NCBI RefSeq assembly: GCF_963921235.1
Contig: NC_086097.1
Location: 37,450,001-37,514,000 of the forward strand
Length of the DNA: 64,000 bases
DNA from: Mobula hypostoma
Lineage: Eukaryota
Reading direction: 5' to 3'
Numbering within the stretch: position 1 is the first letter of the stretch; the number at the start of each line of letters is the position of its first letter. Made by a program: the position numbers and the translations under genes. Below the pieces are notes generated by a model. The model saw nothing but the letters and a program-made list of their open reading frames with translations, was not told where the DNA came from and did no database searches. Below, piece after piece: positions 26,742-39,151 of the stretch.

Positions 26742-28572
26742 CACATAAAAGTTGCTGGTAAACGCAGCAGGCCAGGCAGCATCTCTAGGAAGAGGTACAG
26801 TCGAAGTTTCGGGCCGAGACCCTTCGTCAGGACTAACTGAAAGAACTAGTAAGAGATTTGAAAGTGGGAGGGGGAGGGGGAGATCCAAAATGATAGGAGA
26901 AGACAGGAGGGGGAGGGATGGAGGCAAGAACTGGACAGTGATTAGCAAAAGGGATATGAGAGGATCATGGGACGGGAGGCCAAGGGAGAAAGAAAGAGGG
27001 AGGGGGGAAGCCCAGAGGATGGGCAAGGAGTATAGTGAGAGGGACAGAGGGAGAAAAAGGGGAGAGAAAGAAAAAATATATATATAATAAACAAACAAAC
27101 AAACAAACAAATAAATAAATAAATGATGGGGTACGAGGGTGAGGTGGGGAGAACTCAATGTTCATGCCGTAAGGTTGGAGGCTACCCGGACGGAATATAA
27201 GGTGTTGTTCCTCCAACCTGAGTGTGGCTTCATTTTGACAGTAGAGGAGGCTGTGGATAGACATGTCAGAATGGGAATGGGATGTGGAATTAAAATGTGT
27301 AGCCACTGGGAGATCCTGCTTTCTCTGGCGGACAGAGCGTAGGTGTTCAGCAAAACGATCTCCCAGTCTGCGTCGGGTCTCATCAATATGAAGACCATAT
27401 CAGGAGCACCGGACACAGTATATTACCCCAGCCGACTCACAGGTGAAGTGTTGCCTCACCTGGAAGGACTGCCTGGGGCCCTTAATGGTAGTGAGGGAGG
27501 AAGAGTAAGGGCATGTGTAGCACTTGTTCCGCTTACAAGGATAAGGGCCAGGAGGGAGATCAGTGGGGAGGGATGGGGGGAAAGAATTGACAAGGGAGTC
27601 ACATAGGGAGCGATCCCTGCGGAAAGCGGGGGGGGGGAGGGAAAGATGTGTTTAGTGGTGGGATCCCGTTGGAGGTGGCGGAAGTTACGGAGAATTATAT
27701 GTTGGACTCGGAGGCTGGTGGAGTGGTAGGTGAGGACCAGGGGAACCCTATTCTTAGTGGAGTGGCGGGAGGATGGGGTGAGAGCAGATGTGCGTGAAAT
27801 GGGAGAGATGCGTTTGAGAGCAGAGTTGACAGTGGAGGAAGGGAAGCCCCTTTCTTTAAAAAAGGAGGACATCTCCTTCGTCCTGGAATGAAAAGCCTCA
27901 TCCTGAGAGCAGATGCGGCGGAGACTGAGGAATTGCGAGAAGGGGATGGCATTTTTGCAAGAGATAGGGTGAGAAGAGGAATAGTCCAGATATCTGTGAG
28001 AGTCCGTAGGCTTATAGTAGACATCAGTAGATAAACTGTCTCCAGGGATAGAGACAGAAAGATCTAGAAAGGGGAGGGAGGTGTCAGAAATGGACCAGGT
28101 AAACTTGAGGACAGGGTGAAAGTTGGAGGCAAAGTTAATGAAGTCAATGAGCTCAGAATGTGTGAAGGAAGCAGCGCCAATGCAGTCATCGATGTAGCGA
28201 AGGAAAAGTGGGGGACAGATACCAGTATAGGTTTGGAACATGGATTGTTCCACAAAGCCAACAAAAAGGCAGGCATAGCTGGGACCCATATGGGGGCCCA
28301 TGGCTACACCTTTAGTTTGGAGAAAGTGGGAGGAGACAAAGGAGAAATTATTAAGAGTAAGGACTAATTCCGCTAGATGGAGCAGAGTGGTGGTAGAGGG
28401 GAACTGGTTAGGTCTAGAATCCAAAAAGAAGCAGAGAGCTTTGAGACCTTCCTGGTGGGGGATGGAAGTATATAGGGACTGGACATCCATGGTGAAAATT
28501 TAGCGGTGGGGGCCAGGGAACTTAAAATCATCGAAAAATTTCAAAGCATGAGAAGTGTCACGAACATAGGTT
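26742..28572 (-). mobile_element. Penelope-like (Poseidon-type) retroelement, 5'-truncated: RT + GIY-YIG endonuclease (frameshifted) + pLTR
   Basis: 344-aa ORF 27456-28490 with MDVQSLYTSIP, QTKGVAMG..MGPSYACLF, FLRYIDD, LPFLD, DVYYKPTDSHRYL. GIY-YIG C-terminal part in ORF 26965-27306. 15-bp TSD ctaacattaagtcct at 26727-26741 and 28573-28587. Confidence 0.93.
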
Positions 28573-28879
28573 CTAACATTAAGTCCTGCTATCTTTCACC
28601 TCTTCCTCCATCTGCACTGACTCATCTAATCGCTTTGTCTAATCTCTGCACTAAAGCCTAGGATAAGCCGTTTTGACAATAATACCACTGATCGTAGCCA
28701 CTTAGGCCCCTATTTTTAAACTGATATTAGCCTGATAGGTATCATCCATAATATTAGCATACAAACATAAAATCATGAGGGAGACATGATGATTCTCACG
28801 GAGGTTTTTACTGTCCTCTGTAGGGTGTTGAGGTCTGATGCCTTGCAGCTTCAGGGGTGGATCTACACTGCAAATGGCA

Positions 28880-29530
28880 GTAATGAGTGTTGTGGAACAG
28901 GGGGACCTGGCAATACAAGTGCACTGTTCACTGAAAACCATTGCACAAGTAGACAGGATGGTGAAAAAAGCATTTAGCATTCTGACCTTCATCAGTCAGG
29001 GCACTAAGTTTAGGAGTAATGATATTATGCTACAGGTATACAAGTCGTTTGTGAGACTGTGCTTGAAGTATTGTGTACAGCTTTGGTCACCATGTTATAG
29101 TAAAGGCATTGTCAAGTTGGAGAAAGTGCAGAATACTTCCTGCCTGGACTGAAAAGGCTGTGTCACAGGGAGAGGTTGGCTGGATCTTTATTCCCTGGAG
29201 CACAAGAGTATGAGGAGGGACCTCAGAGAAATATATAAAATCATGAGGGGGATGGATAAGCTCGATGGTCATAGCATTTCCCCACACATACACAAGGGAA
29301 GAGATTTAAGAGACCAGATAAGTAAACTTTCAGAGGGTAGAGTCTAGATTAAGCTGCCAGGGCAAGTGGTCGAGGCTGATGCAACATTTAAGAGGCATAG
29401 ATACATGGAAAGAAAGAACTTGGAGGGCTATGGGTCAAACGCGAGCAACTCGGACTCGCAGAGAGGATGCTTTGGTCCGCATTGGCTAATTGAGCCAAAG
29501 TGCCCGTTTCCGCGATGTATGACTGTCTCT
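28880..29530 (+). mobile_element. CR1 LINE 3' fragment (degenerate)
   Basis: ORF 28838-29152 QVDRMVKKAFSIL.FISQG...YCVQLWSPCY is the CR1 RT C-terminus. Confidence 0.8.
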
Positions 29531-29539
29531 ATGAGAACC

Positions 29540-29900
29540 CCTAACTGCATGTGGAGGGACGACCCCATCCCAAAGGCGGGCGGCCTCCGCTCGGCCCGGC
29601 TCGCAGAAGCAGGAGTGGGGCGGGGCGGAGCCAAGCGGGCTCACGCGGGCTCACGCGGCTGGCGCAGTCTGGTTTGAATCGCAGCACGCGATGCCCAGCA
29701 GGCGCAGCCGAGCAAACGCTCGGGAGAGCGCGCGGCAAACTCCGGGAGGCCGACCGTCAAATGCGCACGCGCACCCCACGCGACCCCATCTCCGTCAGGC
29801 GCCACGTGATCGAGAAGGTTCCCTCAACGTCGAGCGGCGGGAGTGTTGCCTGCGGTATACCTTCAGCTGACGAGTTCTCATCGTCTGTCCTGCGGTGCTA
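29540..29900 (+). promoter_or_regulatory. CpG-island promoter / probable non-coding first exon of SIX6OS1
   Basis: The only strongly GC/CpG-rich island outside SIX6. GC boxes ggggcggggcgg at ~29617-29628, NRF1-like tgcgcacgcgca at 29762-29773, E-box CACGTG at 29803-29808, E2F6-type GGCGGGA at 29836-29842. It lies 2.6 kb upstream of the ATG exon, which begins with a splice acceptor. Confidence 0.75.
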
Positions 29901-30064
29901 TAGGTTATCTATAAGTAGTTTGATGGATCTTCGGTCAGATATGACTCTCCCTATGGTTTTCTTAATTTAAGTTTCATTATTTATTGCAAAATTTTACTCT
30001 GAATTGCGGTGGAGAGGGAGTTTTTATGTGCGATTTCTCTTGCAGCATAAAGAACAGGCATCTT

Positions 30065-30720
30065 TGTTGTGTTCTTTATACGTACCGTGGGTTACTAAGA
30101 ACAAACCATATTCTGTAAGAATTAAAACTAGAACTTTTATTTACAACAGAAATCTCGTTTCTTACAGCCATGCTTTCTAGATCGTTCTGTCATTGCGCGT
30201 GCTCCGAAGTGTCTTCACGTTCTTACACGTGACACGTGATATCACCACATCTTCCTTTCTAAAAAGAAAAACAATTAGCAACATTAATCAAACAAATGCA
30301 TAATTTAACATGTCTCTATCAGTCTCTCTGGGGGTTTACGAACATGAGTAGACCTAAGTGGTTCACACAGTTCTTGTGTCTTGTTGTTATTTTCATTTGT
30401 TGTCTGGTCTGCATCAGTTAACTGAAACTCTGAAGTTGGCTCTTTGTTGAGGTCTTTGCGATTTCCTCTTAACACTGCTCCTCCTCCTGTTTGGACCATG
30501 TATGATCTGGGTTGTACTTCTTCAAGTACTGTAGCTTTCTGTGTCCATGTGTTCATTTTGTCTTGTATCACCACACATCTTGACATAGTCTCTGTCATTT
30601 ATTGCTCTCACTCACTTAACCTTCTGTCGAGATCAAAGGTAACTTTGTCTAGGTCCCTGTTTTACACTGGACTGCGCTCCTCATTCATTTGGTTATCCCC
30701 GTAATTCACCATTTAGTACG
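30065..30720 (-). mobile_element. Gypsy LTR retrotransposon 3' remnant (integrase C-terminus, PPT, ~185-bp 3' LTR)
   Basis: ORF 30305-30598 WTQKATVLEEVQPRSYMVQTGGGAVLRGNRKDL..RSTHVRKPPERL is a typical Gypsy post-integrase region. PPT AGAAAGGAAGA (minus, 30250-30260) abuts an LTR at 30065-30249 bounded by tgttgtg...caccaca. Confidence 0.75.
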
Positions 30721-32184
30721 ATGTCTAGCAGACTTCTCCCCCCAACCTCTCCATTTTGCAATTGGAGTAGTCTGGTCTTCCATCTCCATCAGTACCTCCC
30801 ACTTCCTATGCAACCACACAGAATGCAAGAATTGTACTTTTCATTCCTTCCTTCCCATCACCCATGGATTCATACATTCCTTCAGGTAAAGCTGAAATTT
30901 ACTTGTCCTTCTGATTAAATATATTTTATTTGGTGTTCATGATGTGATCTCCTTTGGGGAAATCTGAAACAGTAACTACTTTGCAGAACACAAGGTGACA
31001 CTGTGCTCCCATTTGCCTGTCAATTTAGGTGGAGGGAATACTGGGGATAAGCTCCCATCTATTAAATGCTCCCAATGGCGTGCATCTTAAATAGTCTCTG
31101 ATAACCAGGTCCATTTCCCGGCTTTCATGTTTGCTTTAGCTACTAAGCACAGCAGAACCACTCTACTGACAAGGGAAGGGGCAAAGGTGGGTTATTTACT
31201 ACTGCCTTATAATCAGTTGCTTCAGACAGATGGGGCTCATCGGCTATGGTTGGCAGCTTATCTTGGAGAAGGAAAACTGATCTTTAACCTCCGCTGCCTT
31301 GCGGTTATACCAACTCATGGGGAAGGCTTCGGGAGTAAACCTCGAGGTAAAATCTGGAGCTGGAGTCCCTAAAGAAGACCTACCTTAAGTTCAACACTGA
31401 CTTGTAACTCCTGTAACTCCTGGTGCCAAATTGTGTTGGCCTCTGCCATTCCTTTGGATTCATCAGCTGTATGGAGAGGGGAGCCTGTTGCATGAGCAGC
31501 AGCTTGCTCTACATATTGTACTGCCCTAGCTTGTGTGTATATCCCATAGCTGACCCCGACCAATAGAGGGTCTCCTTGGTACTTTCACTTTAACCTTTGC
31601 CTCTGAAACAATACTCAGGATGAGCTCAAAGAACAGCACTCCATCTTCCAACTTTGCAAATGACACTGTTGAATGCTGAATTCAACAGTGTCAGACAACT
31701 AGCCTTTCCATTCCTATATCAACATTTGGTCTTTAGTCTCATTGCAGATTTAGCTTCTCCTGCTTTTAGCTCCACCAGATACTACTTTACTACCTTTTTG
31801 CACAATTAAGTTAATGCTTTCATCAGTCTTGGACACCACACTATTTCTCTGCAACTTAAAACTTGTTTCATTTCTAACTTTCCTCTGTTTGTTAAAAGGT
31901 CATTGACCTGAATACAGGTGCAACCTGATCTGGGGAATAGTTCAAGCATTTTCTATTTTATTCCTGCTTTCCACCATCGGCAGTATTTTACTTTTGGACT
32001 GCTCTTCATTCATATCACATTCAAATAAAATTTCCAAATAATACATTCATAGTCAACTTGCTTCACATTGCAGTTCATTCAGTTCTGATGCAGGATTATC
32101 AATCTGAAATATTAACTCTTTTTGATGCCATAGTGTATGTTTTACTTGCTGACCAATTTTAGCATTTTGTTTATTTTATGTATT

Positions 32185-32468
32185 CGGATTCAGCATGGAA
32201 TCGGCCCTTCTGGCTCTTTGAGCTGTGTTGCTCAGCAACCCCAGATTTAATTCTAGCCTAATCATGGGACAATTTACAATGACCAATTAACCCACTAACT
32301 GGTACGTCTTTGGACTGTGAGAGGAAACTGAAGCACCCAGAGAAAACCCCACGCATCCCACAGGGAGAACTTAGAGATTTCTTACTGATGACATTGGAGT
32401 TTACTCCAAACTCTTGACACCCAGAGCTGTAATACAATTGTGCTAACCACTATGCCACTGTGGTGCCC
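32185..32468 (-). mobile_element. V-SINE (HE1-like elasmobranch SINE)
   Basis: Minus strand has a tRNA-like head gggcaccacagtggcatagtggttagcaca, a V-core gggtgcttcagtttcctctcacagtccaaagacgtacc..gttaattggtcattgtaaattgtccc, and a CR1-like tail. Confidence 0.7.
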
Positions 32469-32517
32469 AAAATATTTTCAGGTTGTCAACTTGTTTTTCT
32501 TATACCCTTCAGGAAAG

Positions 32518-32569
32518 ATGGATAATACCAATAAGCTATCGACCCTGGATAAGATTTTACTGAATCTAG
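32518..32569 (+). CDS. SIX6OS1: SIX6OS1 (C14orf39) coding exon 1: MDNTNKLSTLDKILLNL
   Basis: Acceptor ttcag|gaaagATG (exon starts 32513), donor G|gtaaga. Resembles the recalled mammalian N-terminus MNDSLFVSLDRLLLEF. Confidence 0.85.
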
Positions 32570-33068
32570 GTAAGAGTACTCATGATGCCTTACATGCTTC
32601 TCTCAGGGCACCCAGTGAAGAACATTTGAAGCTGATTACTGTTCTTATGTAGAAAAAGTTGCAACCGGCTTGTATTTAGCAGATGTTATTACCATACGAT
32701 AATAAATAATCTGCCTTTTAGTAATGTGAATTGAGAGATAAATATTTGCAAGGATACTGGTGATAACTTCTTTGCTCTCTTCAAATTACTGCCACCTGCT
32801 CTTTTTACATCCATTCCAGAAAGTACCTCTCTTTAAAGTCTTATTCAAAAGGCAGTTGCTGCCATTGCAGTATACCTTCACTGTTGGAATGCTGGGCAAT
32901 ATTTTTGTGGTGGAGTTGGTTATGAACTCATAATACTCTGACCTGCAGAAAATGTGCTAATATAAAAGGAAACAGAATAATACTCTTCCACTGATTTTAA
33001 AGTATGCTACTCATATTTGAATCTTTTGGTTGTTAGTATTCAAATCATTCATTATGTTAATTTGGCAG

Positions 33069-33125
33069 TATTTCAGGTGGATCAGGGTTCAGAACGCCAA
33101 AAGGGAATTAAGGAACAGATTCAGA
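33069..33125 (+). CDS. SIX6OS1: SIX6OS1 coding exon 2: (V)FQVDQGSERQKGIKEQIQ
   Basis: tttggcag| ... A|gtaagt; 57 nt, phase 1-1; aligns to mammalian VFQYEQDISTKEEMIQRIN. Confidence 0.85.
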
Positions 33126-33561
33126 GTAAGTTTTATTTCTGCAAATGTCAATACAAATAAAAAAAGACTGTAAGGATAACTTATCTGATTTAAGGATCTA
33201 AGCAAGGAACTTTGCTCAACAAGTGTATGGGGAACATTCTAACCTTCTGGGTGATGTATTTTTCCAACCAAAAACTCTAAATAAATTTTAATGCTTTGGT
33301 CTCTTGCTGAGCAAAGTTCCATAGTTGGAAATTACTTGTTTAGCAACTTGTGAATGACATTTATAACATTTTCTACTACTGGTATAATTTGAAATCTAAT
33401 GCTAAAGTAGAAAACGATTGATTTTTTTTTTGCTTTTTATTATTACCTGAGCATTGTCAATGAACAAGGGATTATTTTAAATTTTACAGAATTGACTTTA
33501 GTAATGTGGAAATAAAGACCCAGGTAATTAATCAAAAAATAAAATATATACATATACATGG

Positions 33562-35268
33562 AGTAGTACAGCACAGTACAGGCCCTTGGCCCACAATGTT
33601 GTGCCGACCCTCAAATCCTGCCTCCTATATAACCCCCCACCTTAAATTCCTCCGTATACCTGTCTAGTAGTCTCTTAAATTTCACTAGTGTATCTGCCTC
33701 CACCACTGACTCAGGCAGTGCATTCCATGCACCAACCACTCTCTGAGTAGAAAACCTTCCTCTAATATCCCCTTTGAACTTCCCACCCCTTACCTTAAAA
33801 CCATGTCCTCTTGTATTGAGTAGTGGTGCCCTGGGGAAGAGGCATTGGCTATCCACTCTATCTATTCCTGTTAATATCTTGTATACCTTTGTCATGTCTC
33901 CTCTCATCCTCCTTTCCAAAGAGTAAAGCCCTAGCTCCCTTAAGCTCTGATCATAATCCATACTCTCTAAACCAGGCAGCATCCTGGTAAATCACCTCTG
34001 TACTCTTTCCAATGCTTCCACATCCTTCCTAAAGTGAGGCAACCAGAACTGGACACAGTACTCCAAGTGTGGCCTAACCAGAGTTTTATAGAGCTGCATC
34101 ATTACCTCGCGACTCTAAACTCTATCCCTCGACTTATGAAAGCTAACACCCCATAAGCTTTCTTAGCTACCCTATCTACCTGTGAGGCAACTTTCAGGGA
34201 TCTGTGGACATGTGCCCCCAGATCCCTCTGCTCCTCCACACTACCAAGTATCCTGCCATTTACTTTGTACTCTGCCTTGGAGTTTGTCCTTCCAAAGTGT
34301 ACCACTTCACACTTCTCCGGGTTGAACTCCATCTGCCACTTCTCAGCCCACTTCTGCATCCTATCAATGTCTCTCTGCAATCCTCGACAATCCTCTAGAC
34401 TATCTACAACACCACCAACCTTTGTGTCATCTGCAAACTTGCCAACCCACCCTGCTACCCCCACATCCAGGTCGTTAATAAAAATCACGAAAAGTAGAGG
34501 TCCCAGAACTGATCCTTGTGGGACACCACTAGTCACAACCCTCCAATGCGAATGTACTCCCTCCACCACGACCCTCTGCCTTCTGCAGGCAAGCCAATTC
34601 TGAATCCACCTGGCCAAACTTCCCTGGATCCCATGCCTTCTGACTTTCTGAATAAGCCTACCATGTGGAACCTTGTCGAATGCCTTACTAAAATCCATAT
34701 AGATCACATCCACTGCACTCTCCTCATCTATATGCCTGGTCACCTCCTCAAAGAACTCTATCAGGCTTGTTAGACACGATCTGCCCTTCACAAAGCCATG
34801 TTGACTGTCCCTGATCAGACCATGATTCTCTAAATGCCCATATTTCCTATCTCTAAGGATCTTTTCCAACAGCTTTCCCACCACAGACGTAAGGCTCACT
34901 GGTCTATAATTACCCAGACTATTCCTACCACCTTTTTTGAACAAGGGGACAACATTCACCTCCCTTCTATCCTCCGGTACCATTCCCATGGACAACGAGG
35001 ACATAAAGATCCTAGCCAGAGGCTCTGCAATCTCTTTCCTCGCCTTGTGGAGCATCCTGGGCCCCGGGGACTTATCCATCCTAATGTATTTTAACAACTC
35101 CAACACCTCCTCTCCCTTAATATCAACATGCTCCAGAACATCAACCTCACTCATATTGTATTCACCGTCATCAAGTTCCCTCTCATTGGTGAATACCGAA
35201 GAGAAGTATTCATTGGGGACCTGGCTCACTTCCACAGCCTCCAGGCACATCTTCCCACCTTTATCTCT
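33562..35268 (-). mobile_element. Young 5'-truncated CR1 LINE (long RT ORF)
   Basis: ORF 34102-35349 has NYRPVSLTSVVGKLLE, QHGF.KGRSCLT, YMDFSKAFDKVPH, GVPQGSVLGPLLF, KFADDTK. The frameshifted C-terminus is in ORF 33611-33982. Confidence 0.95.
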
Positions 35269-35597
35269 GGATATTATGAAATGTTGGTAACTACTGTATA
35301 TCAAAGAAAAAAAGTAAAGGAATGTTTTTATTAGAGATTCTTCCAACAACTACAACCCTAACACTCATCCAATCAATGAGTGAAGTAAAATCACTTATCT
35401 AATAAGTGTAAGCTAAGTACATACGCAAATTGGCACTGAAACATAAATTTGTAAATTTTGTAGATATTAACTTCAGTTCTATGGAACTGAAAAGATTTTA
35501 TTTTAGCATTACATGATAAAACAGACTCTGTTGTACTTCAGACCAAACTGGTAAACGGTATGAACAAATTTTGGATTTCTATTTTGTGTTTTTCTAG

Positions 35598-35724
35598 TAT
35601 ATTCAGAAAACGTATTAAAAAAGCGACAACAAATTGACGATTTACAAGTGAAAAGTAGCCAGCTTGATGATGAAATTAATCGCATGCAGAAGATAAGTAC
35701 ACATACCATAGAGAACATTAAAGT
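35598..35724 (+). CDS. SIX6OS1: SIX6OS1 coding exon 3: (I)YSENVLKKRQQIDDLQVKSSQLDDEINRMQKISTHTIENIK(V)
   Basis: tttttctag| ... GT|gtaaga; 127 nt, phase 1-2; coiled-coil; DDEI aligns to mammalian DEEI. Confidence 0.88.
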
Positions 35725-35789
35725 GTAAGAATTTTTCATATTGAAATAAAACAAATGCATCTGGTTCACGTCTGATGTTAATATTTCAA

Positions 35790-36310
35790 GACTTGAATTG
35801 AATTCACTTTATTTCTTAACATCCTTCACATACACACGAGGAGTAAAAATCTTTACGTTATGTCTCTGTCTAAATGTGCAATGTGCAATTTATAGTAATT
35901 TGTACAACAAGACACTTTCTGCAGAGTCCTGCCATTGAGGGGAGTACAGTTCCCATATCAGGCAGTGATGCAGCCAATCAGGATGCTCTCAATTGTGCCC
36001 CTGTAGAAAGTCCTTAGGATTTGGGGACCCATACCAAACTCCTTCAACCGTCTGAGGTGAAAGAGGCACTGTTGTGCTTTTTTCACCACAGAGCCAGTAT
36101 GAACAGACCACTTGAGATTCTGAGGAACTTAAAGCTGTTCACCCTCTCAACCCTGGATCCATTGATGTCAATAGGGGTTAGCCTGTCTCCATTCCTCCTG
36201 AGTCCACAACCAGCTCCTTTGGTTTTGCAACATTGAGGGAAAGGTTGTTTTCTTGATACCACTGTGTCAGGGTGATGACTTCTTCTCTTTAAACTGCCTC
36301 ATTATTATTA
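35790..36310 (-). mobile_element. Rex1/Babar LINE fragment
   Basis: Minus strand resembles RT C-terminal motifs (NVAKPKELVVD, VNSFKFL, QQCLFHLRRLKEFGM) with a (ttcaa) tail. Confidence 0.65.
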
Positions 36311-37263
36311 TTATTCTTTGTTGTCCAGTGTAATTGTAGAAGTGTGTTGAGGCTTTGTTACTATTAAACATAATTTTGACTATTCAAATTAACACATGAA
36401 ATGAACTTTTCTGCCCAAGTAGACGTCTTTATCTTCCCACTGGCTGAAGTTTTGCTACTCCCTGTCAATCATCAAACCAATTTCTATGAGACCTGCAAAT
36501 GTCTCCATTCTGGACTGGTGCTTATGTCTCAGCCATTAATTTGTGGCAAGAAGCAAGGGTGTAATACTGAGACTTGCAGAACCCTATTTTTAACAATATT
36601 CTACATGAAAAGCCCCCATCAACCTTTACTATTTGTGTCCTACAAAAAGCCAATTTTAAATCCAATTTGCCATTCTATCTTGAATCCCTTAGGCTTTTGC
36701 TTTTTAATTAACATGCTATATGGACTTTGTCAGAAGAATTACAAAATTCCAGGACAGCTACATCAAATACACTTCTCTTATCAACATGCAAAACCCTCGA
36801 AATCTACCTCTGTTTCTATGTTTATCCCATCAATATTTCAAACTCTTCCACTTTAAGTCCAACATTGCTATTGTCCTCATTTTTGTGAAAACTTCTTACC
36901 TAAGCTACTTGCACTCATTTATGGCTGGAGTCCTGACTTACTCCTGGCTACATGCTACATAATGTCCAACAGTAATAATGAAGGAATATTATGCAAGGAT
37001 ATTTTACTGAGAATGAATGTTATTATTGTTACAGAAGGTTGAGGTAACAGCAAGTGAACATAGCTACTAATGGCATCCTTCTTCTAGATTGAGCTGGCAC
37101 CAGAGAATGCTACCCAGCAACTGCCCATGAGTTTGGATTTAACTCCTATCAATTTGATTTCAAAACCATGGTGGCAGCAGAAATATTGTCATTAGAAACC
37201 CCTCACTGTACCCCTGTATACACACCACAGAAGGACATCTCCTTTATTTGATTGTGCTGATGA

Positions 37264-38180
37264 GACAATAAGACACAGGAGCAGAATTAGGCCATTTGGC
37301 CCATCAAGTCTGCTCGGCTATTCAATCATGGCTGATCCTTTATTTTTCCCTCCTCAGCCCCACTCCTTGGCCTGCTCACTATAAACTTTGATGTTGTGGC
37401 CAATCAAGAACCTATCGATCTCCACTTTAAATACACCCAAGGACCTGGCCACCACAGCTAGCCACACATTCACCACCCTCTGGCTAAAGAAATTTCTCTG
37501 CATCTGTTTTAAATAGATGCCCCACTATCTTGAGCCTGTGCCCTCTTGTCCTAGACTCCCATAGGAAATATCCTTTCCACATCCACTCCATCAAGATCTT
37601 TCAATATTTGAAAGGTTTCAGTGAGAATCCCCTCATTTTTCTAATTTCCAGCAAATATACGCCCAGAGCTATCAAATGTTCCTCGTATGATAATCCTTTC
37701 ACTCCTGTAATCATCCTTCTGAACCTCCTCTGAAACCTCTCCAATGCCGGCACATCTTTTCTTAGCCCAAATCTGTTCACAGTACTCAAGGTGAGGCCTC
37801 ACCAGTGCCTTATAAAACATCAGCATCACATCCCTGCTCTTGTATTCTAGACCTCTTGAAATTAATCCTAACATTGCTTTTGATTTCCTCACCACCGACT
37901 CAACCTGCAAGTTAACCTTTAGGGTGTTCTGCACAAGGACTCCCAAGTCCCCTGGCATCTCAGATTTTTGGATTTTCTCCCCAGTTGGAAAATAATCTGC
38001 ACATTTATTTCTTCTACCAAAGTGCATGACCATGCATTTTCCAACATTGTATTTCATTTGCCACTTTCTTGCCCGTTCTCCTAATCTGTCTAAGGCCTTC
38101 TGCAGCCTTCCTATTTCCACTACCTGCCCCTCTACCAATCTACGTATCATCTGCAAACTTGGCAACAAAGCCATCTATCC
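37264..38180 (-). mobile_element. CR1 LINE 3' fragment
   Basis: ORF 37641-38174 KWQMKYNVGKCMVMHFGRRN...[12 protein letters not shown]. Confidence 0.85.
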
Positions 38181-38466
38181 ATCATCATAATGTATCTAAT
38201 AATATATCTGAAGATCCTTATCTTGTTTGCTTCCTCCCAACAAGGAAAATTAATTTGCGAATAGGAAACTGGAATTCATTTTTGCCAAAAATTTGAATGT
38301 CAGGTGTAATTGATATTTTGACTCATCATTTGACATACAGCCCATTACAGTGGTATCATTTGCAAATCTATCAGTGGATTAGAGCAGAATCTGGCTATGT
38401 GTGTGAGTATATAGAGTACAGTAGGAGGCCGAGATAGCATCCTTGTGGGACACTAGTGTTGAGAAT

Positions 38467-39151
38467 CATCTTTTGAGGGTCATCTATTGCAACCGGTGCT
38501 CCCGGTGTGGCCTCCTCTACATTGGTGAAATCCGACGCGGATTGGAGCACCTTCACTCCGTCTGCCACAACAGACAGGATCTCCCGGTAGCCACCCACTT
38601 CAACTCTGCTTCCCATTCCCATTTGGATATGTCCATACATGGCCTCCTCTACTGCCATGATGAGGCTAAACTCAGGATGGAGGAGCAACACCTCATATAC
38701 CGTCTAGGTAGTCTGCAGCCCCTTGGTATGAACATAGAATTCTCCAACTTCCGGTAATTCTCTCCCCCTCCCTTCCCCTATCCCTATTTCACTCTGCCCC
38801 CTCCCCCAGCTGCCTATCACCTCCCTCATGTTTCCGCCTCCTTTTACTACCCATTGTGTTTTCCCCTATTCCTTCTTCACCTTTCCTGCCTATTACCTCT
38901 CTGCTTCCCCTCCCTCAACCCTTTATCTTTCCCCTTACTGGTTTTTCACCTGGAACCTACCAGCCTTCTCCTTCCCACCCTCCCCCTACCTTCTTTATAG
39001 GGCCTCTGCCCCTTCCCTCTTCAGTCCTGACGAAGGGTTCCGGCCCGAAACGTTGACTGATCATTTCCACGGTTGCTGCCCGACCTGGTGAGTTTCTCCA
39101 GCGTGTTGTGAGTGTTGCTTTGACCCCAGCATCTGCAGAGTATTTTGTGTT
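38467..39151 (+). mobile_element. Penelope-like element 3' fragment with an intact hammerhead core, inserted into a Rex1 fragment
   Basis: ORF 38443-38757 VIYCNRCSRCGLLYIGE..DLPVATHFNS..RLGSLQPLGMNIEFS (GIY-YIG). 13-bp TSD tagtgttgagaat at 38454-38466 and 39152-39164. Confidence 0.9.
39021..39060 (+). ncRNA. Minimal type I hammerhead ribozyme motif (Penelope pLTR)
   Basis: tcagtc-CTGACGA-agggttccggccc-GAAAC-GTT-gactga: full core, 6-bp stem I, palindromic AACGTT stem III, GUU cleavage triplet. Confidence 0.7.

Noticed and set aside
29366..29970. Overlapping Arg/Pro/Ala-rich ORFs (65-139 aa)
   Set aside because: Typical stop-poor artefacts of a GC-rich CpG island; no recognisable domain.
31030..31575. 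Repeat-like segment, possibly an RTE-derived non-autonomous element
   Set aside because: It looks like an interspersed repeat, but I cannot support a family call or boundaries from the sequence alone.
34102..35349. 415-aa ORF as a domesticated RT gene
   Set aside because: Ordinary 5'-truncated CR1 ORF2 with a frameshifted C-terminus; the N-terminal residues come from flanking intron sequence.
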